From contig NW_003314373.1 in the NCBI RefSeq assembly GCF_000143415.4, positions 1 to 64,000 of the forward strand: DNA of 64,000 nt, written 5' to 3'. The position numbers and the translations under genes were made by a program. This document shows, in pieces, positions 45,850 to 57,010 of the stretch. This stretch comes from Selaginella moellendorffii. Taxonomy: Eukaryota; Plantae; Lycopodiophyta. The notes below the pieces were generated by a model. That model was not told where the DNA came from and did no database searches. It worked only from the letters and a program-made list of their open reading frames with translations. The stretch's first letter is position 1, and each line of letters begins with the position of its first letter.

Positions 45850-47538
45850 TCACATAGGGTTCTTGAGCAATCGCAGGGACGCGATTCCACTGGCGAGCAG
45901 CGCCGCCGCTGCAATCTTGCCGCCATTTTCAGTGCCGAACTCGGCGACATTGATCCTGGCGTCGATCCAGTTGTAGAGCGCGAGGTATGAATCATGGCCG
46001 AGGAGTGTGTAGAGAAATCGCGCTGGGGAGAGGATAGCCTGGTATGCCGCTGGGAGGTAAGCAGTGAGGCCGAGCGCGTCAAACAGGGCATCCAGGAACC
46101 AGTCGCTGTGGACCGAGGCGGCGACTCCGTTGACGACGATAGTTCCTTGGAGAGTCAATGGATTATAGAGGCCGGGCTTTGTAACGATCGAGATTCGTGT
46201 GACTGGGAATGGAGTCATGATCGAATTGTTGGTGGGCGATGAAGCGGTCAACACATCTCCGACAAGAACGTCTTGCGCACGCTTGAATTTGACTCCACCT
46301 AGAAATGGTTCGTAAGCTTGGTGGAAAAAAAAGTTTTGGAAGGAAAAGATGACACACACCAGCTTTGAGCAGCGTTGGCACGAAATGCAGGCGCGAGAGC
46401 TCAAGGGTCTTTGAGTGGGATAGTTCCAGGTTGACGAAGTCACTCTTCTGCCCCAAGTCTCGGTGGCCGAAAGCATAGATTTCACTGAACTCGAGCCTCC
46501 CGTTCTTGAGCGTCCCAACCTTCACGACACGAGCAGAGGAAAACGGTTTAGTGGAAGCGATGGATGATCAGGATAGATACCTTGTCACCGATTTGGAGCT
46601 GGCTCATCGTCTTTGTCTCGCCCGTGGAAGTTTGCACCGTTGCATCTCCAGGGAAGCACGCACTCACGCAGCCAGCAGCCGCGCCAAGCTGAGCACTCAC
46701 TCCCAAAACGCCAGCGATGCAGAAAGGTGCCAATGGTCCCAGTCCCAAGCAACCTCCAGTTCCCAACACTCCCGTGATTGCACCTCCGATTGCTCCTGCA
46801 AAAAAGAAGGAACGAGCTAACATATGGATCACCCCGAGGTACCTTTCCCTGCTTCTTCTTTGCAGTCACCAAGCAAGAATCTTCGAGCTGCCTGATGATC
46901 GCCAGAAGAGTTTGTGAACAGTAGTTGCTGCTCGAGTTCCAAGCGTTTCTTGTAGAGGCTTTCCACGTCACTGCCGGTCATGTACACACCACAGCCAGTT
47001 CCTCCAGCGTTGCTTGGGCAAACAATCTGGTAAGCATCCAGTGATTTATGTTGCTGCAAAATGATCACTCAACTTACAGCACTCTTGCGGCCATAGTTGT
47101 CTGTGAACACGAACTGCGTTCCGGATGAATCTGGAGCGGCACCACAGCCACCGGTTGCGACCACCTAGAGATAGCATCCAGTCGTCAGCAAGAGAAAGAT
47201 TAACGTAACAAAGGTACTTGTCTAGACTCTACCTTTAACGTGAGGGTCTCGGATCCTCCCCAGTCGCCATCTATCTTTGCAGTGTATTCCTGTCTTCCAG
47301 TCTGGACAATCTTCTGGCAGATGGTGGTGATTGCACTCGCGGGAACCGAGCCCCAAAGCATTGCGGGAGTCTTTGATGCGAGAAGAGACGACGCGATCTG
47401 ATCGCCAGTGGTTCCAATGAAGGTGTTTGGCTTGCCTTTGGTGAGGCTGGGAGTCGTGGCTGTGAAACTCAAATCTTGCGCATTGCAAACGCTGGAGATC
47501 ACAGCAAGAACAAGAAAAAACGCGACGAGACTCTTCAT
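45850..47538 (-). CDS. Secreted Hedgehog-like Hint/Hog autoprocessing protein, copy B (6 exons, same structure as copy A)
   Basis: MKSLVAFFLVLAVISSVCNA signal; A|CFPGDATVQ, LELSRLH, GLYNPLTLQGTIVVNGVAASVHSDW; ends LRLLKNPM*. Confidence 0.92.
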
Positions 47539-48149
47539 TCTCTCTCCTCTATAAACTTCTTTTTCCAACTCTGAACTTCTATGCTTGCTTGCAATCCTTA
47601 TAAATGCTGCAAGTCCAAAGTTCTAAGAAGAGAGATTTTTTCATGACCAACCACACTGCAACACCTGAAAGAGCTAAGAATATTACAAAACAAAAAGAAT
47701 CTGTAGCTCTTGCTTATCTGTACCAGAGATGAGAGAAGGCCTTTAAATCGATTGATCTTGTCCGTTTAAAGTGGAGGTATTGATGTCACCTACGGCAAGA
47801 AAAATTTAAGGTTCCTTCAGGGGCAGGGAATCAAATCTAGACACAAGGTTGATAGTGTCATGCATTGCTGGAAAGTAGATGTTTCCATTGATTAATCTAA
47901 TCTCCTTGTCCCGTATATGAAGAATATTCTGGGATCTAGAATAATAGACTTGTGTCGTGGTCAAGACGCCAAAACTTTCGCTGCATGCTGTGTGACAAAA
48001 ACTTTGCGTTAGTTTTGTGCTGAGCAGGGAGTGGATTACTTGAAGTATGACAATTGTCACACCGATGGAATCTCACCGAGAATCCGGTAAGAAAACTGGA
48101 AGAATCGCTCGGGTAGAACAAACCCTTAGAGTTGCCGACCAGAACCACG

Positions 48150-48800
48150 ACGTTGTTATTGTTGCAAAGGTTGCGAAGAGCTCCGGTCAAGAGCCCCAGC
48201 ACGCCGGTTGGAATTGCTCCCACAGGCTTGGAACCATACCCTCGGTGGAAAAAATCTTGGCCCCAACGTGGTTGACAGTGGTGGTCACTGCAAATATCGC
48301 TTTTGCTGCAGCACTGTGAGCGACTGTGGATCCATTCTTGAGCAACGCGAGCAAAGGCGGAACGCATCCCCCGAACTTTCATTCTCTGCTCCTCCTCCTT
48401 GCACAGAAGGGCCATGACCGCCGCTACGTTGATCTTAGAACTGGTGGTACCTGTTCTCAGCAAATTCACCAGCAGTGGTATCGCTTACGTGTGAGATGTG
48501 ATCGCCTTCTTGGCATTTTGATCTCGCTCCTCCATGAGTACCAAGAGCTGCTTGCAGGCATTCTCTTTCTCCTGGGGGCTGAAGCTTGCTCCTCTCAGCT
48601 GCTCGATGCACAGTGCTACACTGGCCAGGACACCGTCCGGGTCCTCCATAGCCGAGTCCCTGGAAGGAAAACAAAGAAAAACCATCAATGTGGACAAGAC
48701 TCCACCAAGTAGAGCTCAGATCTAAGCTTACCTCACAGCTCTGGTGCTCGTGACGGACCGTGGAGTCGCAGGCTCAACATGGTTCTTGAGAGACTTTGAA
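48150..48800 (-). pseudogene. CSI1: 5' fragment of CELLULOSE SYNTHASE INTERACTIVE (CSI1/POM2-like) ARM gene, with stop and frameshift
   Basis: EPATP...[21 protein letters not shown]...SHT*AIPLLVNLLRTG...LCKEEEQRMKV; later GAKIFSTEGMVP.LWEQ and LLTGALRNL; the rest of this ~2100-aa protein is absent. Confidence 0.8.
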
Positions 48801-48984
48801 ATTTGCTGCAAGGCTGGGCGAACAAGCGGCTCGTGCTCCTTGGACACCATTCTGGAGCACGAGGGTCAGCTCGGCCGAGAGTGGATGCGAAAAACCGAGA
48901 ATGCAGGCACAGATCCTAGCTACAAACCCACCTGGAGTTGGATCCGAGCGATCAACCATGCAGCGCCAATGGATCTGGAGCTGT

Positions 48985-49170
48985 GCTGGATGCAACGATG
49001 AACCTGCTGGGTGGCGGCCTGAGAATTCGTGTTTTCCTCCACGGCAAGAGAGTCCCTGACGAGGAAGCCACACTGGCTCAAGTCGGGCTTTCGGCTCAGG
49101 CTGGAAAGAGCGGCTCTCTGGGATTTATGTTGGAGCCAGCATCCTCTTCCAACTCCGAGGATGCTCTTCG
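48985..49170 (+). pseudogene. Fragment of a telomere-repeat-binding (TRFL/TRP) protein ubiquitin-like domain
   Basis: DATMNLLGGGLRIRVFLHGKRVPDEEATLAQVGLS...GSLGFMLEP resembles the TRFL motif (LGGGLRVGV.L.GKKVRDD..TL.Q.GIS...LGF.LEP); no Myb domain present. Confidence 0.65.
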
Positions 49171-49548
49171 AGAAGGCGATAATCAAATTGCCATTCAAAA
49201 ATATAAAAAAAATAGCTTGTCTTCCCTATCACTTGCATTATTAATTAATTGTGTGTAATGAATAGTAGTAAATTTCTAGATAAAGTTAACCATGTAGATA
49301 ATCAAAATTCCTAACATTGCTATCTATTTGAAAATTTACTGCAGATCCCCTGAAAAATTATTTGCATTTTTCACATCCACAAATAAAATATTCTAGATTA
49401 TTCTAGTTGAAGGGTGAGTAAAGGTAATTTTGTAATTTTGTAGGGTCAGAAGGAGAGTGGAGAACTCCTGGCAATCTCTTCAACCATTCTATTCCCTGCG
49501 TCCAGGATGTGTGAGATTGTGGCACAGCTCCAGGCAGTGGTTTTTAGA

Positions 49549-52500
49549 TGTTGGAGCCGAAATCTAAGGTGTGATAAGTGCCTTGAATCATAGAGATTAA
49601 GGACCAAATTCAATGGCAAATTTCAGGAGAAAATTCTGGATGTAACTAATATATAGTTAGTGTTTCTTTCTTCTTTCATAAAAAAAAACAGTTGTTTCTA
49701 GTTTCCTTCTGAAAAGATCCTATTCATTCTTTGCCTTCATTCTAGCATTCTAGCTCTTTGTTATGGTATTGAAGCAAAATCAAAAGGATGGAAATGCTGC
49801 CACTGTCACTTTCTCAAATGGCCATTCCATTTCCATTTTTGGAAAAGCATGTAAAAGGGAGTCATGTAGCTTTACTGTCAATGTGTATGTTAAGTTGGGC
49901 TTTGTGAGTCAAAAAATGGTGGTCTGGAAACTTCTCAAGCTGGAGGTGCCAGATGGAGCTCATCCTCAAAGGTGAGGGAGTTTGGGGCATTGTCAACAGT
50001 GACAAGCTGAAGCCAAAAGCTAATGCAAGCTATCAGAAGGTGGATACCTTGAGTCGGCGTGAGGACAAAGGCATGGCAACAATCAGACTTGTGGTGACAG
50101 AGAGTGTGCTGCCCTTAGTGAGAATTACACTAGCAGCGAGCTGTGGAAGAAGTTGTGCGAGAAGCACAAGTAGCAAACGCATGTCCAGATTGGCCATCTC
50201 TACATAAAGATGGTCAACATGAGGTGGACAGAGTCAAAAGCTTTGACTAGTTCGTGGATAACAGGAAAAACATATATTGGCAAATCAAGGAGTTAGATAA
50301 GGAAAACAAGTTTTCTCTTCTTCAGAATTATTTTTTTCTTCATGCTCTTCTTAATTCCTTCCATTCTCTTTGAAATAATGATGTAAGTTGACAAACTTTA
50401 ACTTAGTTGTGCCATATTTGCCATCAAGGAGGAAATCATCATGTAGAAGGATGTTAGAATTCTTCACTTCAAATCTGATTAGGCTTTATTCGCTAGAAGC
50501 TCTTCTAAGCAATTTGTGAAGAAGAAGAACAACAATAAAATTTCAAAGGATGGAGGTTTTTCTAAGGCAAATGAGAGCAATGTGAAGTCTAACAAGGACT
50601 CTAAGAAGAAGAAATTTTGATATTATTGTAACAAGTCTAACCATGAAGAAATTGAATGCAAGTTGAAGATGAAACACCTTCAACAATAGCTAGAAGATTT
50701 CAAATCTTTAAAATCTATAGCTCACTATGGACAGCTTTTGGATGAAGTTTGTGTTGCTAAGGTCAAAATTGAGTTTTGCAACAATGCCATGGTAACTAAC
50801 TCTTTTGTGATTGATTCTGGAGCTACTACTCATCTATCTTGGCACAAAGATCATTTTGTCAAATATAAAAATTGTCTTGGCCAGCATGCTATGCAGTTAG
50901 GAGACAATAGTGAGCATGGTGTTCATGGCATTAGTGACATCAATGTTCAGACATCTCATTGGAACTTAACTCTGACTGGGGTAATATATGTTCCTACCCT
51001 TCACAAAGATTTGCTTTCTGTTGCTAAGATTGTTGGGAACAATCTGTGTTTTGATCATCAAGTTTGTGTTATTTAAAATGCACAAACTCATGATATGGTT
51101 GCTATAGCTCCTAGGAAAGGAAATCTATGGCAACTCAAGGACAAAGAGTCCACCAGCTCTTTGATTTTTGCCTCTATTGGTAAAGGCATATGTGATCTAT
51201 GGCATAAATGACTTGGCGATTACATATTGTCTGGGATTTCCACCTTAAGGAACATGGTAAATGGTTTAGATGTATCTAACAAATTAACTTTTGCTCCATA
51301 TGAAGCATGTGCATTTGGAAAGCATCATCATTACCCTTTTAAAATGATTGGAAGTCGAGTAAGTAATTTGCTTGAACTTGTCCATATTGATGTTTGTGGT
51401 CCAGTACAAGTTCCATCTTTCAAGAAGGCTAAGTATTTCTTGATTTTCATAGATGATCTTAGTCACAAAACTTGGGTTTATTTTCTGAAGAAGAAATTTG
51501 AGGTCTTGGATTGCTTTGTAAATTGGAAAGCCTTGGTTGAAAACCAAATTGGTTGTCAAATCAATAAGCTATACATGGATAATGGTGATGAATTTGTGAA
51601 TAATGCTTTAATAGCATTTGTTCCCAAGCCAGAATCTAGCCAGCTCACCGAACCATATATGGCTCAACATAATGGGGTGGCAGAATGTAAGAATCACACT
51701 ATTGTGAATACAACACAATACCTTCTTGCTCAATCTCACGCTCCACCACATTTTGGGTAGAGGCAATTAGGTATGCTATTTTTCTCCTTAACCATTGCCC
51801 TATTGTGCTCTAGAAGAGTGCTTTAAACCTAATGTGGCACATGTATAGATTTTTGGATGCACAATATATTGGCATGTTCCACAAGAGATATGCACCAAGT
51901 TTGATCTAACTGGGGAAAAACTCATGTTTGTTGGCATGTCTAATTTTAATTCTCATGCTTACAAATTGATGGATCTTATAACAACCATGGTTCACATTTG
52001 CAAGCAGAAAGAAGTGGTACTTTTTGAGAAAACCCCTTTTTTTTGTTTTATTCTTGATTTCAACTTTGTGAATTTTCCAAATTCTTGATTTTGGAATGAT
52101 GTTATTCTTGATGTTGATTTTTGGAATGATGCTCAACACGAAGAAGCACTTAAGCAAAGAGGAACTGATCCAATCATCGAAGTCCCAGCTCAACTTTCTC
52201 CTCCAAGATTTGATACTGTTTTGACTCCAATGGCATCTCTAACATTCAATGAGGCTACTCTTGAGCCACTTGGATAAGAATTTTTCAAGTAGAAAGACAC
52301 TTGAAAATGTTGAATGCTCCTATGCTATTACCTTTGATTTGTTGGAGTTTTATGTAGTCGCATGTACACTTGAGCCTTCCTCATTCATGGAAGCTATAGC
52401 TAGTTCAAATGCAAGCCATTGGAAGTGAGCAATGAACCAAGAAATTAAGTCCATCATTCGTATGCACACTTTTGATGAAATGGTTCTTCTAGTTGGAATT

Positions 52501-54460
52501 ACAACTCTTGATAGTCAATGGGTCTACAAAATGAAGCTCAACCCTGATAATTTCATCAACTATCACAAAGCTCAATTTGTTGCACAAGGCTACAAACGAT
52601 AATATGGTATGGATTATCTCAAGACATATTCTCCAGTGGTAAAGATGACAAGTGTTCTAATTTTGCTTGCTTTTGCAACTTATTTTGATCTTGAGATTTA
52701 TCACACTGACATCAAAATTGCTTTCCTGAATAGAGACTTGCAGGAAGATGTTTATATTCAACAGTTAGATGGCTACACCCAACCTGAGAAGCAATATCTC
52801 GTATAGAAACTCAAGAAAGCTCTTTAAAGCCTAAAGCAAGCCTCGAAAGTATAGTGGTAGAAAATCAATGTTTTCTTCAAAGTTGAAGGATTTTCTCTTA
52901 TCACTTACATCAAGCAAGAAGAAGGGAAGATTTTACTTATTGTTGCTCTCTACGTTGATGACTCACTCTTGATTAACAACAACTACAAGTATTTGCAAAT
53001 TTTCAAGGCTAAACTTGGAAAAGCTTTTGCTATTAAGGACTTTGGAGAAGCTTGATATTTTCTTGGTTTTGAGATTCATTGTAATAGGAAAATAAGCTCA
53101 ATAACAATATTTAATGAAAGTACTTGAGAGTTATGGATATATTGATTGCAATCCTTTTCATTTGCCCATGGAGCTTAGTAACATCAAGTTCTTGACAAAA
53201 GTTAAGTGTCCTTCCACCAAGAAGGAGCATTAAGCAAAAGTAACATTTTGAAATTTGCTTGGGAGTTTGATATATGCTATAGTGTGTAGTTGTCTAGATT
53301 TGCTTTATGTTGTCATCACTCTTAGCTAATTTTCTACTAATCCTGGCAAGAAACATTGGGACATGACCAAATTTGTGATGTGTTATGTAAAGCAAACTCT
53401 TGCTTTTGGACTATTATATAGTTTATATAGTGGTTTTTCTATTGTTGCTTATAGTAGCAGTAACTTGTCAGATGATAAAGATAGCCATAAATCCATAATA
53501 GGGTTTTGCTTCCAACTTAGAACAAACTTTGTTCTTTGGGCTAACAAGAAGCAAGCTCATGTTGGTCTTTCCTCCACAAAAGCAAAGTATCTTGCTACTT
53601 TAATTGCTTCCAGAGAAATTCTTTGGTTTCAAGAATTTCTTGGAGCTCTTAGATGCTTTATTTCGTTAAAGTGGAACTTTTCATTATCCCACTTATGGTG
53701 TGTGGCCACATGCCATTTTTATAACAACAATAAAAATTTGAATTTTTAGCTTTATAATTTATAAATTAAAAACTTTTCATATGATTTTGTGTTATAATAT
53801 TGTGAAATATAAAAAATAAATTAAAAAACTGATAGAAATATTAATAAATATTAATTAAGTACTAGGAAATGGCATGTGGACACATGCTAATTAATGTCCC
53901 ACTTTACTGAATAAGTTCCACTTTAACGAAATAAAGCATTTAGGCAATCCTCCACACCAATTACTCTCCATATTGACAACAAGAGAATTATCAATTGGTG
54001 CAATAGTGAAGTGCAACATTGAAAGTCTTAACATGTTGTCAAGCACTATCACTATGTTAAGGATTTGGTACACACAGATTTGTTAATAGTTCAATATATT
54101 TCTTCTCAACAATAACTTGCTAACATCTTTACAAAACCTTTGGCTAAAGTTCTATTTGTGGAACACAGGAATTCCATTGGAGTTGTGGCCAAGCCTTAAC
54201 TAAGGAGAAGGTAGCAACAGCAGTCACACCCTTAGCTTTAGGAAAAGTGTTAGAGTCGAAATCCAAGGTGTGATAAATGCCTTGAATCATGGAGATCGAA
54301 GGCCACATTCAGTGGCAAATTTCAAAAGAAAATTTTGGATGTAACTAGTATATAGTTAGTGTTTCTTTCTTCTTTCATAAAAAAAAACCAATTATTTCTA
54401 GTTTCCTTCTGAAAAGAAGGAAATTTGTTCATTCTTTGCTCTCATGTTGGCTCTTTGTCA
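49549..54460 (+). mobile_element. Decayed full-length Ty1/copia LTR retrotransposon
   Basis: LTRs ~49549-49763 and 54248-54460, degenerate PBS TGGTATTGAAGC at 49764, flanks TTAGA/CTAGA; gag, zinc knuckle remnant, protease IDSGATTH, integrase LELVHIDVCGP, RT DYLKTYSPVVK and LYVDD, RNase H; many stops. Confidence 0.93.
53653..53939. mobile_element. 287-bp MITE, copy 2, nested in the copia RNase H
   Basis: Nearly identical to 39282-39568, same 27-bp TIR, flanked by TTAG/TTAG. Confidence 0.93.
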
Positions 54461-54539
54461 CTAGACGTGGCAATCATCGATTGGCAAGAAGATTTGCATG
54501 GGCTATGGATGCCATGCCAATCTCAGCCAAGAAGATTTG

Positions 54540-57010
54540 GAATGTCGGGAAGACCAAGAGGTTTCGGAATGCTGGGAGTGAAAGAGGAGATGGCTAGAAG
54601 GTCAGTCCAAGGCATTGGAGCTGCTGCGATCGTGATCATTTGTCATCAACACCTGGAGGACCTGTTTGATGATTTTGAAGATTTCAATTCTGACACCAAG
54701 CTAAGATATCTGGATCAGCTATTTGTTGTCCCCAGGGCAGCAAGAGGAATACGAGGCCTTGGCCCAGAGTATGTGCTTGAACAGGCGCTGCAACAAGTAG
54801 ATAACAAGACGCGGGAATCAAAAGTGAGAATGGTGTTGGAGAAGTACCCAATGCTTCTTTTTGAATCTTGGAAGTCCATCCTCGAGAAGTTGAATGGCGA
54901 GGAATGGTTTGATAATATCCATGGAGCTGGCTGGTACAAGCTGACACTGGAGGAAGAGGAGCAGTACAAGGACTTCCGTCTACTACATGCCATACTGCTA
55001 ACGACAGCGAGTAAGTGTGTCAGTTTGCATGAATGTTTATGTTTGCTGCTGCTACAGGTCAAGCATTTGAGACTCACTCCTGAACAAGATCAAGGAGGAG
55101 ACTGATTTTTCACGTGTCGTTAGTCTCTTCCAGTCCAGCAGCTGGGGTAAGTTGCGGGTGGTTCAAGAATTACATTGGAAACAAGTTTGGGTCAATTACT
55201 TGTCGTTGGGTTCTGGCACCTGTTATTCTGAGCCTTCAACATTTAGTAGCACTTTCCGCTACCGTGCAAGGCACTGGGAAATGGAGATCATGTAGGCCAT
55301 CTCAAATGCATGACCTACTGTCTGGAATATTGGATTGCATGCATTGAGGAGCTGGGTGGAGGACTAAGGAAAGAGGAGCCGTGGACACGACAGGTGTTTT
55401 CAGACATGATGACGATATCTAGTGAAAAGGGCTTTTGGCCAGGAGTGGAGAAGCGGATAAAAGAATTTGAACAGGGATTTAAGTTTCTCGTGAAGATAGA
55501 GGCTACTACTCAGTTTAGCCACTGAAGTCTTCAACAAGCATATTCATGAGGTCCCTACTTTGGGAATTGGTGGGGAGATGACAAACCAACATTTGAAGCT
55601 GTTGTTCGTCTTTGATGAAGCTGTTACCTTCCAAAGATGGACAGTGGTAAGAAAACGTGTGCATCCCACTTCGAAGATCTGTTTAACTCTGTTCATGGAC
55701 ACTACATCCAGGGTCGCCAATTTCTTAGGACCCGAGTGGTGCGATCCTTCTGCGCGTCCCTAGGTTTAATCTTCCGTCTCCTTTAATTGCCTTCTTTAAG
55801 GGAGGGGAAAACAGCGAAATTGTTTTGAGGAGGTGGTTAGTAATGAGTGGATGATCAAGTATGGCCAGGTCTCCCTACTTGAGCAACCTCGCCAAGAATT
55901 CTACCTCTGAATCCTGCTTAGGAGCTACAGATGCAGTTAAAGTAGAGTTGTTTCAAGAGGTATTTGGGCTTGCACAGTATAAGCTTACTTTGGTTACGAT
56001 TAGATATATCACCCAGTACAGCAAGCATGCATGCATTGCCATGTTGGGAATTAGATATGGGATTTTTATAGATCCTTTGCCAATCTTGTGGAGGATCTAA
56101 TTGCGAACCATATGATGATTACATTATGTGTGACAAGTTGTTGAACTCGATTATTCTTTACGTGAACAACTGAGCCACTTGTTTCTGAAGTTGCATTGGT
56201 ATTGTATCCAACAGTTCAAGAAGGGACCAGATGGCTACAGACTTCTGTTACAAAGGCAAACAGGAGGAGCTACTTCTAAGGATCATACTCTTAGAGACAG
56301 TAGACAAGGCATGGGAAATGACTGGAGAGAAATAATCTTGGTGTATAGTGGAAGAGTTTTTCTCTCAATTGGTGAAAATGCCACTCAGCAAGCTTGCACA
56401 GCAGAAGAAGTTGTCTCACTAGGAGAAGGTGCGAGCTATCACACAAGGCAAGATACTGCTTCTGCAGGATCTATAAAGCCAAGATAGACTTGTCTGATCT
56501 CCTTGAGGCATTTAAAAGGCGTTGTGGGATAGTATGCTACCATGGTGCGTCAGGTGTGGACTTCTTAGTGCCCATTCATTTGGGAGATATGAAGGACAGG
56601 CTGAACGTGAGTGTGCTCTTCATTCAGGCAAAAGATATGAATAGGTCATCGAGGCTGATTGATCTTGCAGAAAACTCTCCACAATTTTAGGCCTCGGATG
56701 TTTGGATGAGTCACCGTATCTGAGTTTATCTATGATTCTGGGAATGTGAACAAACTGGAGATGGTGGCGCTGGAGCACGTTTGGGATGCAGTTATTTCAT
56801 GTAAAGAGGCTCAGAAGGCAGTGCAGCAGCTGGGGTTTAAGGTGGATGAAATTCGAAAGATAATAAATCCAAAAGAACAGGCACTTTTATATCATCTCTT
56901 TTCTGATTGTTTCTCTACAATATGGAGGCCAATACAAAACTAATGAAAGAGATGATACAACACCAAGAGAACCTGTTCTTGTTGAGCTCCCTCTCCATAG
57001 TCAGACCCTA
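54540..57010 (+). pseudogene. Decayed Crinkler-like NTPase + PD-(D/E)xK nuclease gene
   Basis: Broken ORFs with Walker-B-like LLFVFDEA, LFMDTTSRVANF...DPSAR, and nuclease-like GVDFLVPI...SVLFIQAKD. Confidence 0.5.
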
